Positions 1 through 7,991 of a stretch of DNA of 39,532 nt are shown here, piece by piece. Source of the stretch: Anaerolineales bacterium (GTDB taxonomy: Bacteria > Chloroflexota > Anaerolineae > Anaerolineales > Villigracilaceae); contig DATKNJ010000124.1 in NCBI GenBank assembly GCA_035541395.1, positions 1 through 39,532 on the forward strand, read 5' to 3'. How positions within the stretch are numbered: position 1 is the first letter of the stretch; each line of letters begins with the position of its first letter. Under the pieces are notes generated by a model. The model made no database searches. It had not been told where the DNA came from and saw only the letters and a list, made by a program, of their open reading frames with translations. Position numbers and translations under genes: made by a program.

Positions 1-487
1 TCACATGACAAGTCCATAAACCCGCGCCGATCAACTCAAGCCCGTCTCCGGGTTGAAGCTTGAAGCCAGTGCCGTTAGACGAGAGCAGAAACGCGCCGAC
101 CGCGGCCAGGCAAATCGCTACAATAGCCAGCCAATGCGGAGTCTCCCTCCAGAAAATAAACAAAACCACCGGCACCAAAACTACATATAAACTGGTGATA
201 AAGCCCGCGTTCCCCGCGCTGGTATACAACAGACCGGCTTGCTGCAAAGCCGCGGCAACAAACAAAATGATCCCGGCGACCAGCATCCAAAACCATTGAT
301 CAGGCGAAAGCTTATCAATGGTTTTATTTTGGATTGCGAACGGAAATACGATTAATCCGCCCAAGAGGAAGCGGGTACCGTTGAACAAGTACACGCTGCC
401 CATTTGTCCCGCGACACGTTGCGCGACGAACGCGGAGCCCCAAATGATGGCAATGATAAACAGAGTAAGGTCGGCTTTGAGACGCAT
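1..487 (-). CDS. EamA/DMT-family transporter, N-terminal ~162 aa (3' end runs off the window start)
   Basis: It is missing from the ORF track because it has no stop inside the window. The reverse-strand ATG is at 487..485. Hand translation gives MRLKADLTLFIIAIIWGSAFVAQRVAGQMGSVYLFNGTRFLLGGLIVFPFAIQNKTIDKLSPDQWFWMLVAGIILFVAAALQQAG... I checked the frame codon by codon and it stays open to position 2. Hydrophobic helices and the IWGS.F motif are typical of EamA repeats. Track ORFs 60..299(+), 75..296(-), 318..629(+) and 324..605(-) are off-frame or antisense shadows. Confidence 0.7.
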   Translation of the reverse strand, partial: MRLKADLTLFIIAIIWGSAFVAQRVAGQMGSVYLFNGTRFLLGGLIVFPFAIQNKTIDKLSPDQWFWMLVAGIILFVAAALQQAGLLYTSAGNAGFITSLYVVLVPVVLFIFWRETPHWLAIVAICLAAVGAFLLSSNGTGFKLQPGDGLELIGAGLWTCHV

Positions 488-718
488 AAATCCCAATAGA
501 ATTGCCCGAGTTTTTGTATTCGCCAATCATAGCATAAGCTGTCAAACCGACCGTTTTAAAAGAAATGCGGTTTGCTCGTTGAAGTTCATGAGCAAATCCG
601 CACAATGCAAACTCGAACTATACAAATGACTAGTTTATGACCCTCTTTTCTCATTACAAGTTAATATATAAATACCACCAAAATAGGTATACTTATTTGT
701 AAACGAGACAGGTTTACC

Positions 719-1684
719 ATGACAAATCCATTTGAGACTACCAGCACCGTAAAAACCGCGCTCACCAAGCAGAAATATATTGCTTCGGATGAAATCGCGA
801 CCATTGTTTATCTCTCACAAAAACTCGGCAAGCCGCTGCTCACAGAAGGGCCTGCGGGCGTGGGCAAGACTGAGCTTGCCAAAGCAATTGCCGGCGCGAT
901 GGGCTGCGAACTGATCCGCTTGCAATGCTATGAAGGCTTGGATGAATCCAAAGCGTTGTACGAATGGGAATATTCCAAGCAGTTGCTTTACACGCAACTC
1001 TTACGCGATAAATTGAATGACACGCTTGGCAAAGCTGAATCTTTGGCCGAAGCCGCGGATCGATTAGCGAGCGAAGAGGATGTCTTCTTCTCGAATCGGT
1101 TTCTTCTGCAACGTCCGTTGCTGAAAGCGATTCTTAGTGAACAACAAACTGTTTTGCTGATTGACGAAATCGACCGCGCCGACGCGGAGTTCGAAGCCTT
1201 CCTGCTGGAAGTATTGAGCGACTTTCAGGTTTCGGTTCCCGAACTCGGAACGCTATCAGCCAAACATAAACCAATCGTTGTGCTCACATCGAATAATACG
1301 CGCGAGCTTTCGGAAGCGCTGAAACGACGCTGCTTGTATTTGTTCATTGATTATCCAACTCTTCAGGAAGAGCTGGCAGTTGTACGCTTGAAAGTTCCAG
1401 ACTTGAATCCCAAGCTCGCGCAGCAAGCCGTGGAATTCGTCCAGAAACTGCGCAAGACCGACATGCGCAAGTCACCGTCCATCAGTGAGACTTTAGATTG
1501 GGCGCAAGCGCTGGTCGCGTTGAACGCCTCGAATTTGGATAAAGACACCTTGGAAGAAACGTTATCGGTTTTGTTGAAACACGAAGCAGATCTGCAAAAA
1601 GCCAAACGACAGATCATCAATCCACCGCCGCCGACCTCGTCGCGGCAACGGCCGGATGATTTCGGGAGATTTTCTGGTAATTGA
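719..1684 (+). CDS. MoxR-family AAA+ ATPase (CoxD-like subgroup)
   Basis: Walker A is GPAGVGKT and Walker B is VLLIDEIDRA. The LQCYEGLDESKALYEWEYSKQLL segment is characteristic of CoxD-like MoxR ATPases. The 321-aa size fits, and a VWA gene follows immediately. Confidence 0.85.
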   Translation: MTNPFETTSTVKTALTKQKYIASDEIATIVYLSQKLGKPLLTEGPAGVGKTELAKAIAGAMGCELIRLQCYEGLDESKALYEWEYSKQLLYTQLLRDKLNDTLGKAESLAEAADRLASEEDVFFSNRFLLQRPLLKAILSEQQTVLLIDEIDRADAEFEAFLLEVLSDFQVSVPELGTLSAKHKPIVVLTSNNTRELSEALKRRCLYLFIDYPTLQEELAVVRLKVPDLNPKLAQQAVEFVQKLRKTDMRKSPSISETLDWAQALVALNASNLDKDTLEETLSVLLKHEADLQKAKRQIINPPPPTSSRQRPDDFGRFSGN

Positions 1685-1730
1685 TTTTTGGCAGAAGCGC
1701 AGCATACTGCTTCCTACAGGATAACGAAAT

Positions 1731-3047
1731 ATGGAATCTCGTATCTTACAGTTAATCTCAGCTTTACGTGCCAGCGGCGTGCGCGTATCGCTGGCCGAAA
1801 GCACAGAAGCCTTCAGCGCGGTTGACTTAATGGGGATTCAAGACCGCGAACATTTTCGTCTCTCGTTGCGCGCGACGCTCATCAAAGATGTGCGCGACAT
1901 TCCCGTCTTCGATAAATTATTCCCGCTCTTCTTCGGTTCGAGTCAACCACCGCTGATGGGCGGAAATCCAAATGACAGCATGACACCTGAAGAAGCGCAG
2001 ATGCTGGCCGATGCGTTACGCCAGTTCGCGGAGCAACTTCGTCAGCGGATGGAACGCTTGATGAACGGCGAGCCGCTCTCCCAGTCTGAATTGGAAGCGT
2101 TGGGTCAAATGGTTGGACTGAATCAGACCGACGATCTGCGTTATCAAAATTGGATGGCGCAGCGCATGATGCGCGCCTTGAATTATCCCGAAGTCCAGCA
2201 AGCCATGCGCGAGTTGATTCAGCAAAATTTGCAGGGCATGGGCCAACAGATCAATCAGTTCGCGGGCGAGCGCATTGCCGAAAATTTAAGCGAGCAACCG
2301 CCGAACGATAACATGGACGGTTTGATGAATCGCCCGTTCGAGGCGTTATCAGACGCGGATAAAAAATTATTGCAGCGCGAAGTCAAACGTTTGGCCGCGG
2401 CGCTGCGCACGCGCATCGCACTTCGTCAAAAACGCGCCAAGAGCGGACAACTCGATCCGAAGGCCACCATCCGCGCCAATCTTAAATATCATGGTGTGCC
2501 AATGGAACTTCGTCATCGCGACCGCGTGCGCAAACCAAAGATCGTGGTGATTTGCGACATCAGCACGTCGATGCGATTTTGCTCCGAATTGATGTTGAGC
2601 TTTTTGTTTGCGTTGCAAGGACAAGTCCGCAAAACGCACGCTTTTGCGTTCATTGACCATCTCGAGTCGATCTCGGAAGACTTCAGCGGTTCGAACGCGG
2701 ACGAAGCAATTGCTTCCGTTTTATGGCGTATGCCCAGCGGATATTACAACACCGACCTCGGCTGGTCATTGAACGATTTCAACAGCGAATACATGGATAC
2801 GCTCAACGGGCAGACGACTCTCATCATCGTTGGCGACGGACGCAATAATTACAATGATCCGCGGCTTGACATTTTTTCTACGATGACGCGTCGCGCGGCG
2901 CGGACAATTTGGCTGAATCCTGAACCTCCCTATTTATGGCATGGTGACAGCGACATGCAAAAGTACGCGCCGTTATGTGATAATGTGTTGAAGGTTAGTA
3001 ACTTGAGAGAGCTGGCTAGCGCGGTGGATCAGCTGCTTTCGGCCTAA
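1731..3047 (+). CDS. VWA-domain protein, CoxE-like (MoxR partner)
   Basis: The C-terminal VWA core starts with KIVVICDISTSM (a MIDAS-like DxSxS motif) and includes TTLIIVGDGRNN. A long helical, Gln/Met-rich N-terminal region precedes it. The position directly after a MoxR ATPase matches the classical CoxD/CoxE pairing. Confidence 0.8.
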   Translation: MESRILQLISALRASGVRVSLAESTEAFSAVDLMGIQDREHFRLSLRATLIKDVRDIPVFDKLFPLFFGSSQPPLMGGNPNDSMTPEEAQMLADALRQFAEQLRQRMERLMNGEPLSQSELEALGQMVGLNQTDDLRYQNWMAQRMMRALNYPEVQQAMRELIQQNLQGMGQQINQFAGERIAENLSEQPPNDNMDGLMNRPFEALSDADKKLLQREVKRLAAALRTRIALRQKRAKSGQLDPKATIRANLKYHGVPMELRHRDRVRKPKIVVICDISTSMRFCSELMLSFLFALQGQVRKTHAFAFIDHLESISEDFSGSNADEAIASVLWRMPSGYYNTDLGWSLNDFNSEYMDTLNGQTTLIIVGDGRNNYNDPRLDIFSTMTRRAARTIWLNPEPPYLWHGDSDMQKYAPLCDNVLKVSNLRELASAVDQLLSA

Positions 3048-3070
3048 AGTGCAACTGCCAATACTAAACA

Positions 3071-3108
3071 AAAGAAGCTCACCAAACGATGAGCTTCTTT
3101 TTATATTT
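3071..3108. terminator. Bidirectional rho-independent terminator between convergent genes
   Basis: An 11-bp perfect stem pairs AAAGAAGCTCA (3071..3081) with TGAGCTTCTTT (3090..3100) around an 8-nt loop. TTATATTTT follows on the + strand and an A-rich run precedes it, which gives a T-run on the - strand. Confidence 0.65.
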
Positions 3109-3121
3109 TGCGATTCGCGCA

Positions 3122-4021
3122 TCAACCGACCGCTGTATCTTCACCGGCCATTTCACTGGACGTGGAAACCGGCGGCGGTTTCGGAATCCAAATGCCGCTC
3201 AAGTCATCCACCGCGGATGGATCGCCAGCGCCCATCGATTGCATCAGCAAACGAAACGTGATCGTCTGATAGTTATTGGGAAACGGATTGTAAAGATGAA
3301 CATATCCGTTATTGATTCCAAACGGCGCGACGCTTTCGATCACAACCCAATGTCCAACGTGATTGGCGCCGCCAGAACGCACAAACTCGCCAGTACGATT
3401 ATCAATTTTGACTCCCGCGATCAGCCAATGATCTTGCAGCAGCTTCGCCATGCGCCCTGGCGTGACCAAATACGGGCGTTTGCCGATCACAGGATCTCGA
3501 AAAGCCTCTAAGAAACCAATGAACGGCCCTTGGATTCCATACGCGGCCAACATCGTCTTGATCTGATCGATGCCAGTTGGCAGGCCTTTCGTCAGGATTC
3601 CGGTCGCGACCGCTTGTGCGGAAGCAACCCACTTTCCAAGAAAGCCCACGATCCCATCCCCCGCGATGTGCGCCACGGAAAACTCTCCGCACAGATTCAC
3701 TTGCTTGATCTTGGAATACAAAATATCCTGCACGCCGAGACTAAGATACGGAAGCTGAACAGAAGGATCGATCTGAACAACGTTTCCGGGATTCGGCCAA
3801 TCCTCCAAATAGCCGTCGTAAACCCAGCCGGTAAACGGACCCTTGAATTGATCCGTGTATTGGATTTGCGTCCACAGCGCAGGCGGGTTTCCAATTTGCT
3901 GTTGTTGACCGGTCGGCGTGACAACACAATATTCGTTCAATTGAATAAGGGGATTGGAACGAGGCGTGGCGGACGCGTAAAGTCCGGTTCCGGCGATGAT
4001 ACGTTTCTGAGGTGTGCTCAT
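3122..4021 (-). CDS. SH3b-like + papain-fold (peptidase C39-like) cysteine peptidase domain protein, paralog B (299 aa)
   Basis: I trimmed the track ORF 3122..4090 to the ATG at 4021 (MSTPQKR...). That start lies 17 nt after the upstream stop and has GAAAGG upstream. The N-terminus has an SH3b-like signature (W..I.Y......GWVYDGYLED). Candidate catalytic residues are Q-x3-C (KQVNLCGEF, Cys111), HWVVIE (His224) and LYNPFPN (Asn245). I see no signal peptide. Confidence 0.5.
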   Translation of the reverse strand: MSTPQKRIIAGTGLYASATPRSNPLIQLNEYCVVTPTGQQQQIGNPPALWTQIQYTDQFKGPFTGWVYDGYLEDWPNPGNVVQIDPSVQLPYLSLGVQDILYSKIKQVNLCGEFSVAHIAGDGIVGFLGKWVASAQAVATGILTKGLPTGIDQIKTMLAAYGIQGPFIGFLEAFRDPVIGKRPYLVTPGRMAKLLQDHWLIAGVKIDNRTGEFVRSGGANHVGHWVVIESVAPFGINNGYVHLYNPFPNNYQTITFRLLMQSMGAGDPSAVDDLSGIWIPKPPPVSTSSEMAGEDTAVG

Positions 4022-4038
4022 TGAATCCCAACCTTTCT

Positions 4039-4899
4039 TTAATGAGTAGCGGAACCAACGCCCGAGGATGTCTTCACTCGCGGAACCCACAAACCGGTCG
4101 GGCCGGGAGCCATGGATTGGTATAGCAATCGAAAGGCGATCTTCTCCATATTATCCGGGAATGGATTAAACAATGTAACTTCGCCATCGTCATACCCGAA
4201 CGGATCGACTTCCTCAATGACAACCCAATGCAAAACCATGTCCGGCGTGCCCTGCTTGGTCGGATCGTAATAGACAATCTCGCCCGCCGAATTGATATGT
4301 ACCAATGCGACCAGGTAAAAGCTCTTCAACATATTCGCCACGCGGCCGGATGTGATCTGCACGCCCATCACCGGATCGCGCAATCCATCGGCAAATGCTT
4401 TAATATCCGTGCTGGAATACCCATACATGGTGGTCAACAATAATTGGAGTTGTGTCACGCCAATGGCTTTGTTCGTGATCGCGAAACTCAGCGAGGAGTT
4501 GGCTTTACATTTGTTGAGAAAATCTAAAATAGGTTCGCCCCCGATGTACGCTGAACAGAATTCCGCGCACAAGTTGAACTGAGTCATGCCGTTGAAGGTC
4601 AGGTCTTGCACAGGCGCATATGGATACACCAACTTCAGGGACGGATCGATATGAACCACATCGCCGCGGTTCGGCGTGTAATCTTCGAGATAGCCGTCAT
4701 AGACCCAGCCCACATGCGATTGCATGTTCTGGCCGAGATATTCGACTTCCGACCAGGGCATGGCAGGAGTCCCAGCCATTTGACGATTTCCGGTCATTCG
4801 AACGATGGCATGCGGCGGCAGATCGAGCAGTTTCGGACCGTTTGAGCCGGCCGCGGGTTCGAGCGGCGTCAGCCAGACGACCCACTTTAAAGCATCCAT
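4039..4899 (-). CDS. SH3b-like + papain-fold (peptidase C39-like) cysteine peptidase domain protein, paralog A (286 aa)
   Basis: I trimmed the track ORF 4039..5073 to the ATG at 4899 (MDALKWVV...). A perfect SD precedes it (AAAGGAGGttctgcATG). The architecture and motif positions match paralog B: GWVYDGYLED, QFNLCAEF (Cys111), HWVVIEE (His224) and LFNPFPD (Asn245). I see no signal peptide. Confidence 0.5.
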   Translation of the reverse strand: MDALKWVVWLTPLEPAAGSNGPKLLDLPPHAIVRMTGNRQMAGTPAMPWSEVEYLGQNMQSHVGWVYDGYLEDYTPNRGDVVHIDPSLKLVYPYAPVQDLTFNGMTQFNLCAEFCSAYIGGEPILDFLNKCKANSSLSFAITNKAIGVTQLQLLLTTMYGYSSTDIKAFADGLRDPVMGVQITSGRVANMLKSFYLVALVHINSAGEIVYYDPTKQGTPDMVLHWVVIEEVDPFGYDDGEVTLFNPFPDNMEKIAFRLLYQSMAPGPTGLWVPRVKTSSGVGSATH

Positions 4900-5066
4900 G
4901 CAGAACCTCCTTTGGGGACTTTCACTATTGGGAAGAGCAAGTAATGTTAAAGAAATTATATCAATCGACGAAGGAGAATGGAAGACAAAGAAACTCTCGT
5001 AATTGTTCCGTTTCAATTTTTTCGCTGTAACATTGGAGATGCTAAAATAATTACCAGGATATAAAA

Positions 5067-5735
5067 ATGTCAATTCGTCGTTTCCAATCTGCTTTCCTAG
5101 CCGGAATTCTCATTGCTATCGCGCTAGTCCTGTTTGGCTGGATTCTCGTCCCCGCGGAACGTGTTGTCCCTGTTCTGGCCGCAATTGCGATTCTCATCAT
5201 CTATGGCGCGGTCGTGTGGCTCGCCACGCCTGGAATCGAAAAACTCAATCCGGCGATTCTTTCGATTGCCATCGAATGTGGATTGATTGCGGGCTTGATC
5301 TTTGTCAGCGAGATCATTCTCGAATACGTCCTACTTCCGAAAGACAATACCACCTTTGGCTTGATTGAGTTCGGAAGTGTATTCTTCATTTATTTTCTTT
5401 CAGGACTCATCACAGCCCTTCAAACAAAGAATATTCGCAACGGAGTCCTCTCCGCGATTTGGACTGCCATGATTGCTACACTGATGTGGGCTATCGCGGT
5501 CCTGGCGATGGATTATCTATTCCGCGGCACGCCCCAACAAACGAAAGTCTTTCAAGCCGAAGGTAACTATGCCGATTTCGCTCAAAGCGGTATGACCGAC
5601 TTCAATGCCTTCATCATGGAAGATTTCATGGGCGCGGTCTTTTACCATTCCCTGCTCGGCCCAATGCTGGCCGCGCTGTTCGGCTTGATCGGCGGATTAA
5701 TCGGCCGCGGTATTTCCAAAGTTCGTTCCAAGTAG
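5067..5735 (+). CDS. Polytopic membrane protein of unknown function (~6 TM)
   Basis: The 222-aa protein has repeated hydrophobic helices (ILIAIALVLFGWILV, VLAAIAILIIYGAVVWL, GLIAGLIFVSEIIL, and others). It is divergent from the peptidase paralogs. I recognise no motif. Confidence 0.55.
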   Translation: MSIRRFQSAFLAGILIAIALVLFGWILVPAERVVPVLAAIAILIIYGAVVWLATPGIEKLNPAILSIAIECGLIAGLIFVSEIILEYVLLPKDNTTFGLIEFGSVFFIYFLSGLITALQTKNIRNGVLSAIWTAMIATLMWAIAVLAMDYLFRGTPQQTKVFQAEGNYADFAQSGMTDFNAFIMEDFMGAVFYHSLLGPMLAALFGLIGGLIGRGISKVRSK

Positions 5736-5764
5736 AACTTAATAGTTATCGATTTTGCCGCCTC

Positions 5765-5808
5765 TTGACTCTTTTTATAAACTGGTTTATATTACAAACT
5801 AGTTTATA
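5765..5808 (+). promoter_or_regulatory. Sigma-70-type promoter with two tandem 16-bp palindromic operators
   Basis: The -35 is TTGACT (5765..5770), followed by a 17-nt spacer and a -10 of TATATT (5788..5793). Palindrome 1 is TATAAAC-TG-GTTTATA (5776..5791). Palindrome 2 is TACAAAC-TA-GTTTATA (5793..5808). A GGAG SD lies at 5812..5815 and the ATG is at 5821. Confidence 0.55.
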
Positions 5809-5820
5809 CACGGAGTAACT

Positions 5821-6561
5821 ATGAACATGCAAATTGACAGCGCGGTAAAACGTTCCCGCGGCTACTGGTTCGTAGATGGGTTCACCGAAATGACAGTTGG
5901 CGGGTTTTTCATCATCCTGGCCGCGCTTCTGCTTTTCGGCAGGAGCGCCTCGCCAGATACTTTCACCAGTTGGTTTCTTTCGATGGCCGGTGAAGTTTCC
6001 ATTGTCAAATTGATTGGTCTTTTGGCAGCCATCATGATTCTGTGTTGGCTGAAAGATCATTTCACCTACCCACGCACAGGCTTTGTGCGCGGCACGCGCA
6101 TTACAACCGCATTGATTCTCGTCATCTTAAGAAACATCATTCTCTTTCTGCTTCTGCCCATCCTTGCATTGTTGGCCGCCTCCCTGCTGATGACTTCGGC
6201 GAACAGCGTGCTGGCTTCCATGCCGGTTTGGTTCCCGATTGCACTGGGCATTCTCTGGTCAATATTCTTTTTGCTATCCGGTGAATGGATGGGTTTACAT
6301 CGCTTTCGAATCTTGGGAATTGTTGTTTTGTTAGCAGGAATTGGAATCGGCATTTGGCAATTGACGATCGGTTTACCAGCCATTCCAATCAGTGTTCAAC
6401 CGGGACTCACGCAGCCGACAGTTGTTGCAAGCATCAATCGCACGTTGACAAGTCTCAGCGATCTCGTGTTGATCTCGGGCGCGGCGCTGCTCATCTCTGG
6501 TCTTGTCACCTTCCTTCGTTATCGCAAAGAAAATCCAAAGCCTTACGTGGAGGATGTATGA
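5821..6561 (+). CDS. Polytopic membrane protein, translationally coupled to a wHTH regulator
   Basis: The 246-aa protein has about 6 hydrophobic helices. Its stop overlaps the next start in an ATGA motif at 6558..6561. I recognise no catalytic motif. Confidence 0.6.
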   Translation: MNMQIDSAVKRSRGYWFVDGFTEMTVGGFFIILAALLLFGRSASPDTFTSWFLSMAGEVSIVKLIGLLAAIMILCWLKDHFTYPRTGFVRGTRITTALILVILRNIILFLLLPILALLAASLLMTSANSVLASMPVWFPIALGILWSIFFLLSGEWMGLHRFRILGIVVLLAGIGIGIWQLTIGLPAIPISVQPGLTQPTVVASINRTLTSLSDLVLISGAALLISGLVTFLRYRKENPKPYVEDV

Positions 6562-6857
6562 GCGGTTCACTGCAAAACATCTCCAGCTTGGACCGTGTCA
6601 TTCACGAACCGGCGCGCTTAATGATTGTCGCCTTGCTCTCTTCGGTCGAATCGGCAGACTTCCTCTTTCTGCTCAAAGAAAGCGGACTCACCAAGGGAAA
6701 TTTATCGGTACATCTCTCGAAGCTCGAAGAAGCCGGTTATCTCGAAATCGAAAAAACATTCCGCGGCAAAATTCCGCACACCGAATATCGCCTCACTAAA
6801 AAAGGCAAAACAGCCTTCGAGCAATATCGAAAAAGTCTCGGCTCGATCTTCAAATAA
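6558..6857 (+). CDS. Winged-helix (HTH_34/ArsR-like) transcriptional regulator, 99 aa
   Basis: The real start is the ATG at 6558, not the track's in-frame upstream extension at 6285. The sequence is MSGSLQNISSLDRVIHEPARLMIVALLSSVESADFLFLLKESGLTKGNLSVHLSKLEEAGYLEIEKTFRGKIPHTEYRLTKKGKTAFEQY. The motifs IHEP.RL.I...L and GNLS.HL.KLE.AGY are typical of this wHTH family. Confidence 0.75.
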   Translation: MSGSLQNISSLDRVIHEPARLMIVALLSSVESADFLFLLKESGLTKGNLSVHLSKLEEAGYLEIEKTFRGKIPHTEYRLTKKGKTAFEQYRKSLGSIFK

Positions 6858-6870
6858 TATTAAGTACAGT

Positions 6871-6942
6871 GTGTCACTCTGAGCGTAGCGAAGAGTCTAA
6901 GGGATACAAGATTCTTCGCCGCTCTGCGGCTCAGAATGACAC
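6871..6942. repeat. REP/MITE-like imperfect palindromic element, copy 1
   Basis: The left arm is GTGTCACTCTGAGC-GTAGCGAAGAGTCT and the right arm is AGATTCTTCGC-CGCTCTGCG-GCTCAGAATGACAC. The outer stem pairs 13 of 14 positions and the inner stem 10 of 11. The element is intergenic. Its translation produces the spurious track ORF 6869..7300 (MCHSERSEESKGYKILRRSAAQNDT). Confidence 0.75.
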
Positions 6943-6971
6943 GCAAATGATCAAGAAAGGCAAAGGCAAGA

Positions 6972-7880
6972 ATGGAATTCGCAATCGAAACCAACGGATT
7001 ATCAAAATCCTATCGCGATGTGCGCGCCGTAGATTCAGTGGACTTGCGCGTGAAGCGCGGCGAAATCTACGGCTTTCTCGGCCTCAACGGCGCGGGCAAG
7101 ACGACCACCATCCGCGCACTGTTGGGTATGGTCCGCCCGAGCGCGGGAAACGTCAAAGTGTTGGAACAGGCGGTCGGTCCGCATGGACGCGGACCGTGGC
7201 ATCGAGTCGGTCACATGGTCGAGTCGCCTTCGGCTTATCCCGAATTGACTGTGCGCGAAAATCTGGAAATCGCGCGGCGATTACAAAATGTTTCGGATGA
7301 AGGCGCGACGACGCGCGCGATCAAGCGTTTGGGCATCGCCTCTTACGCGGACCGAAAAGCTGGCACGCTCTCGACAGGCAATCTTCAACGTTTGGGTTTG
7401 GCGCGTGCGTTGCTGCATGGACCTGAGCTTTTGATTCTCGACGAACCCGCTAACGGACTTGATCCCGCGGGCGTAGTGGAAATCCGCGAGTTACTGCGCG
7501 AGCTGGCACGCCAACAAGGCGTGACCGTTTTTATGTCCAGCCATATTCTGACGGAAGTAGATCGACTCGCCACGCGCATCGGCATCATTCATAAAGGAAA
7601 ATTGATTGAAGAGTTGGACGCGGACAAACTGGAACAATTGCGCTCGAAATATCTCGCGATCAAAGCGCGCGACTTGAACAAAGCTCTTAACGCACTGAAG
7701 AAGGCGGGCTACATAACTTCGTCCGATCACGATGACTCAATTCGACTTGCTGATCCTCGCGCAGTAGACGCGCCGGATGAAGTCGCGCAAGTTCTCGTTA
7801 ATGCAGGCACACCGCCTACGCATTTAGCCGTTGCACAAGAAAATCTCGAAGATCATTTTTTGCGGTTGACGTCACAATAA
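6972..7880 (+). CDS. ABC transporter ATP-binding protein (ABC-2/bacitracin-lantibiotic export type)
   Basis: Walker A is GLNGAGKTT, the signature is LSTGNLQRLGLA, and Walker B is LLILDEP followed by a SSH H-loop. The protein is 302 aa. Confidence 0.9.
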   Translation: MEFAIETNGLSKSYRDVRAVDSVDLRVKRGEIYGFLGLNGAGKTTTIRALLGMVRPSAGNVKVLEQAVGPHGRGPWHRVGHMVESPSAYPELTVRENLEIARRLQNVSDEGATTRAIKRLGIASYADRKAGTLSTGNLQRLGLARALLHGPELLILDEPANGLDPAGVVEIRELLRELARQQGVTVFMSSHILTEVDRLATRIGIIHKGKLIEELDADKLEQLRSKYLAIKARDLNKALNALKKAGYITSSDHDDSIRLADPRAVDAPDEVAQVLVNAGTPPTHLAVAQENLEDHFLRLTSQ

Positions 7881-7887
7881 TATTTTT

Positions 7888-7970
7888 TGTCACGCTGAGC
7901 GCAGCGCAGAATCTCGCGGTAATCAAAACGCGATGCTTCGTCGCCGCGTTGCGGCTCCTCAGCATGACAC
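7888..7970. repeat. REP/MITE-like imperfect palindromic element, copy 2
   Basis: The arms are TGTCACGCTGAGCGCAGCGCAGAATCTCGCG and CGCGATGCTTCGTCGCCGCGTTGCGGCTCCTCAGCATGACAC. The 27-nt left arm matches copy 1 at 23 of 27 positions. The termini GTCAC and GTGAC (within the ATGACAC end) are shared. It lies between the ABC ATPase and permease genes. Confidence 0.75.
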
Positions 7971-7991
7971 TAAATTTTACGGAGAATCAAA

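Noticed and set aside
60-629. Track ORFs 60..299(+), 75..296(-), 318..629(+) and 324..605(-).
   Set aside because: All are shadows of the unlisted minus-strand EamA-family gene (1..487), or lie in the divergent intergenic region. Their translations are not protein-like.
566-640. An imperfect hairpin TGCGGTTTGCTC/GAGCAAATCCGCA (566..602) and an ACTAGTTTAT-containing stretch (621..640) that weakly resembles the 5776..5808 operators.
   Set aside because: The hairpin has a bulge and no T-tract. The operator resemblance covers only one half-site, with no matching inverted partner. Both are too weak to call.
3089-4024. Plus-strand ORFs 3089..3511 and 3530..4024, antisense to peptidase paralog B.
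   Set aside because: The minus-strand frame gives two mutually alignable paralogs with conserved motifs. The plus-strand products have no such support.
719-4899. The idea that MoxR, VWA and the two peptidase paralogs form one ternary conflict system (vWA-MoxR plus peptidase effector).
   Set aside because: The peptidase genes are on the opposite strand and convergent, and a strong bidirectional terminator at 3071..3108 separates them from the MoxR-VWA pair. I cannot check co-occurrence here, so I kept it only as a question under the MoxR-VWA finding.
6869-7300. A 143-aa + strand ORF starting MCHSERSEESKGYKILRRSAAQNDT.
   Set aside because: Its N-terminus is a translation of the palindromic repeat. 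The rest is out of frame over the genuine ABC ATPase gene at 6972..7880.
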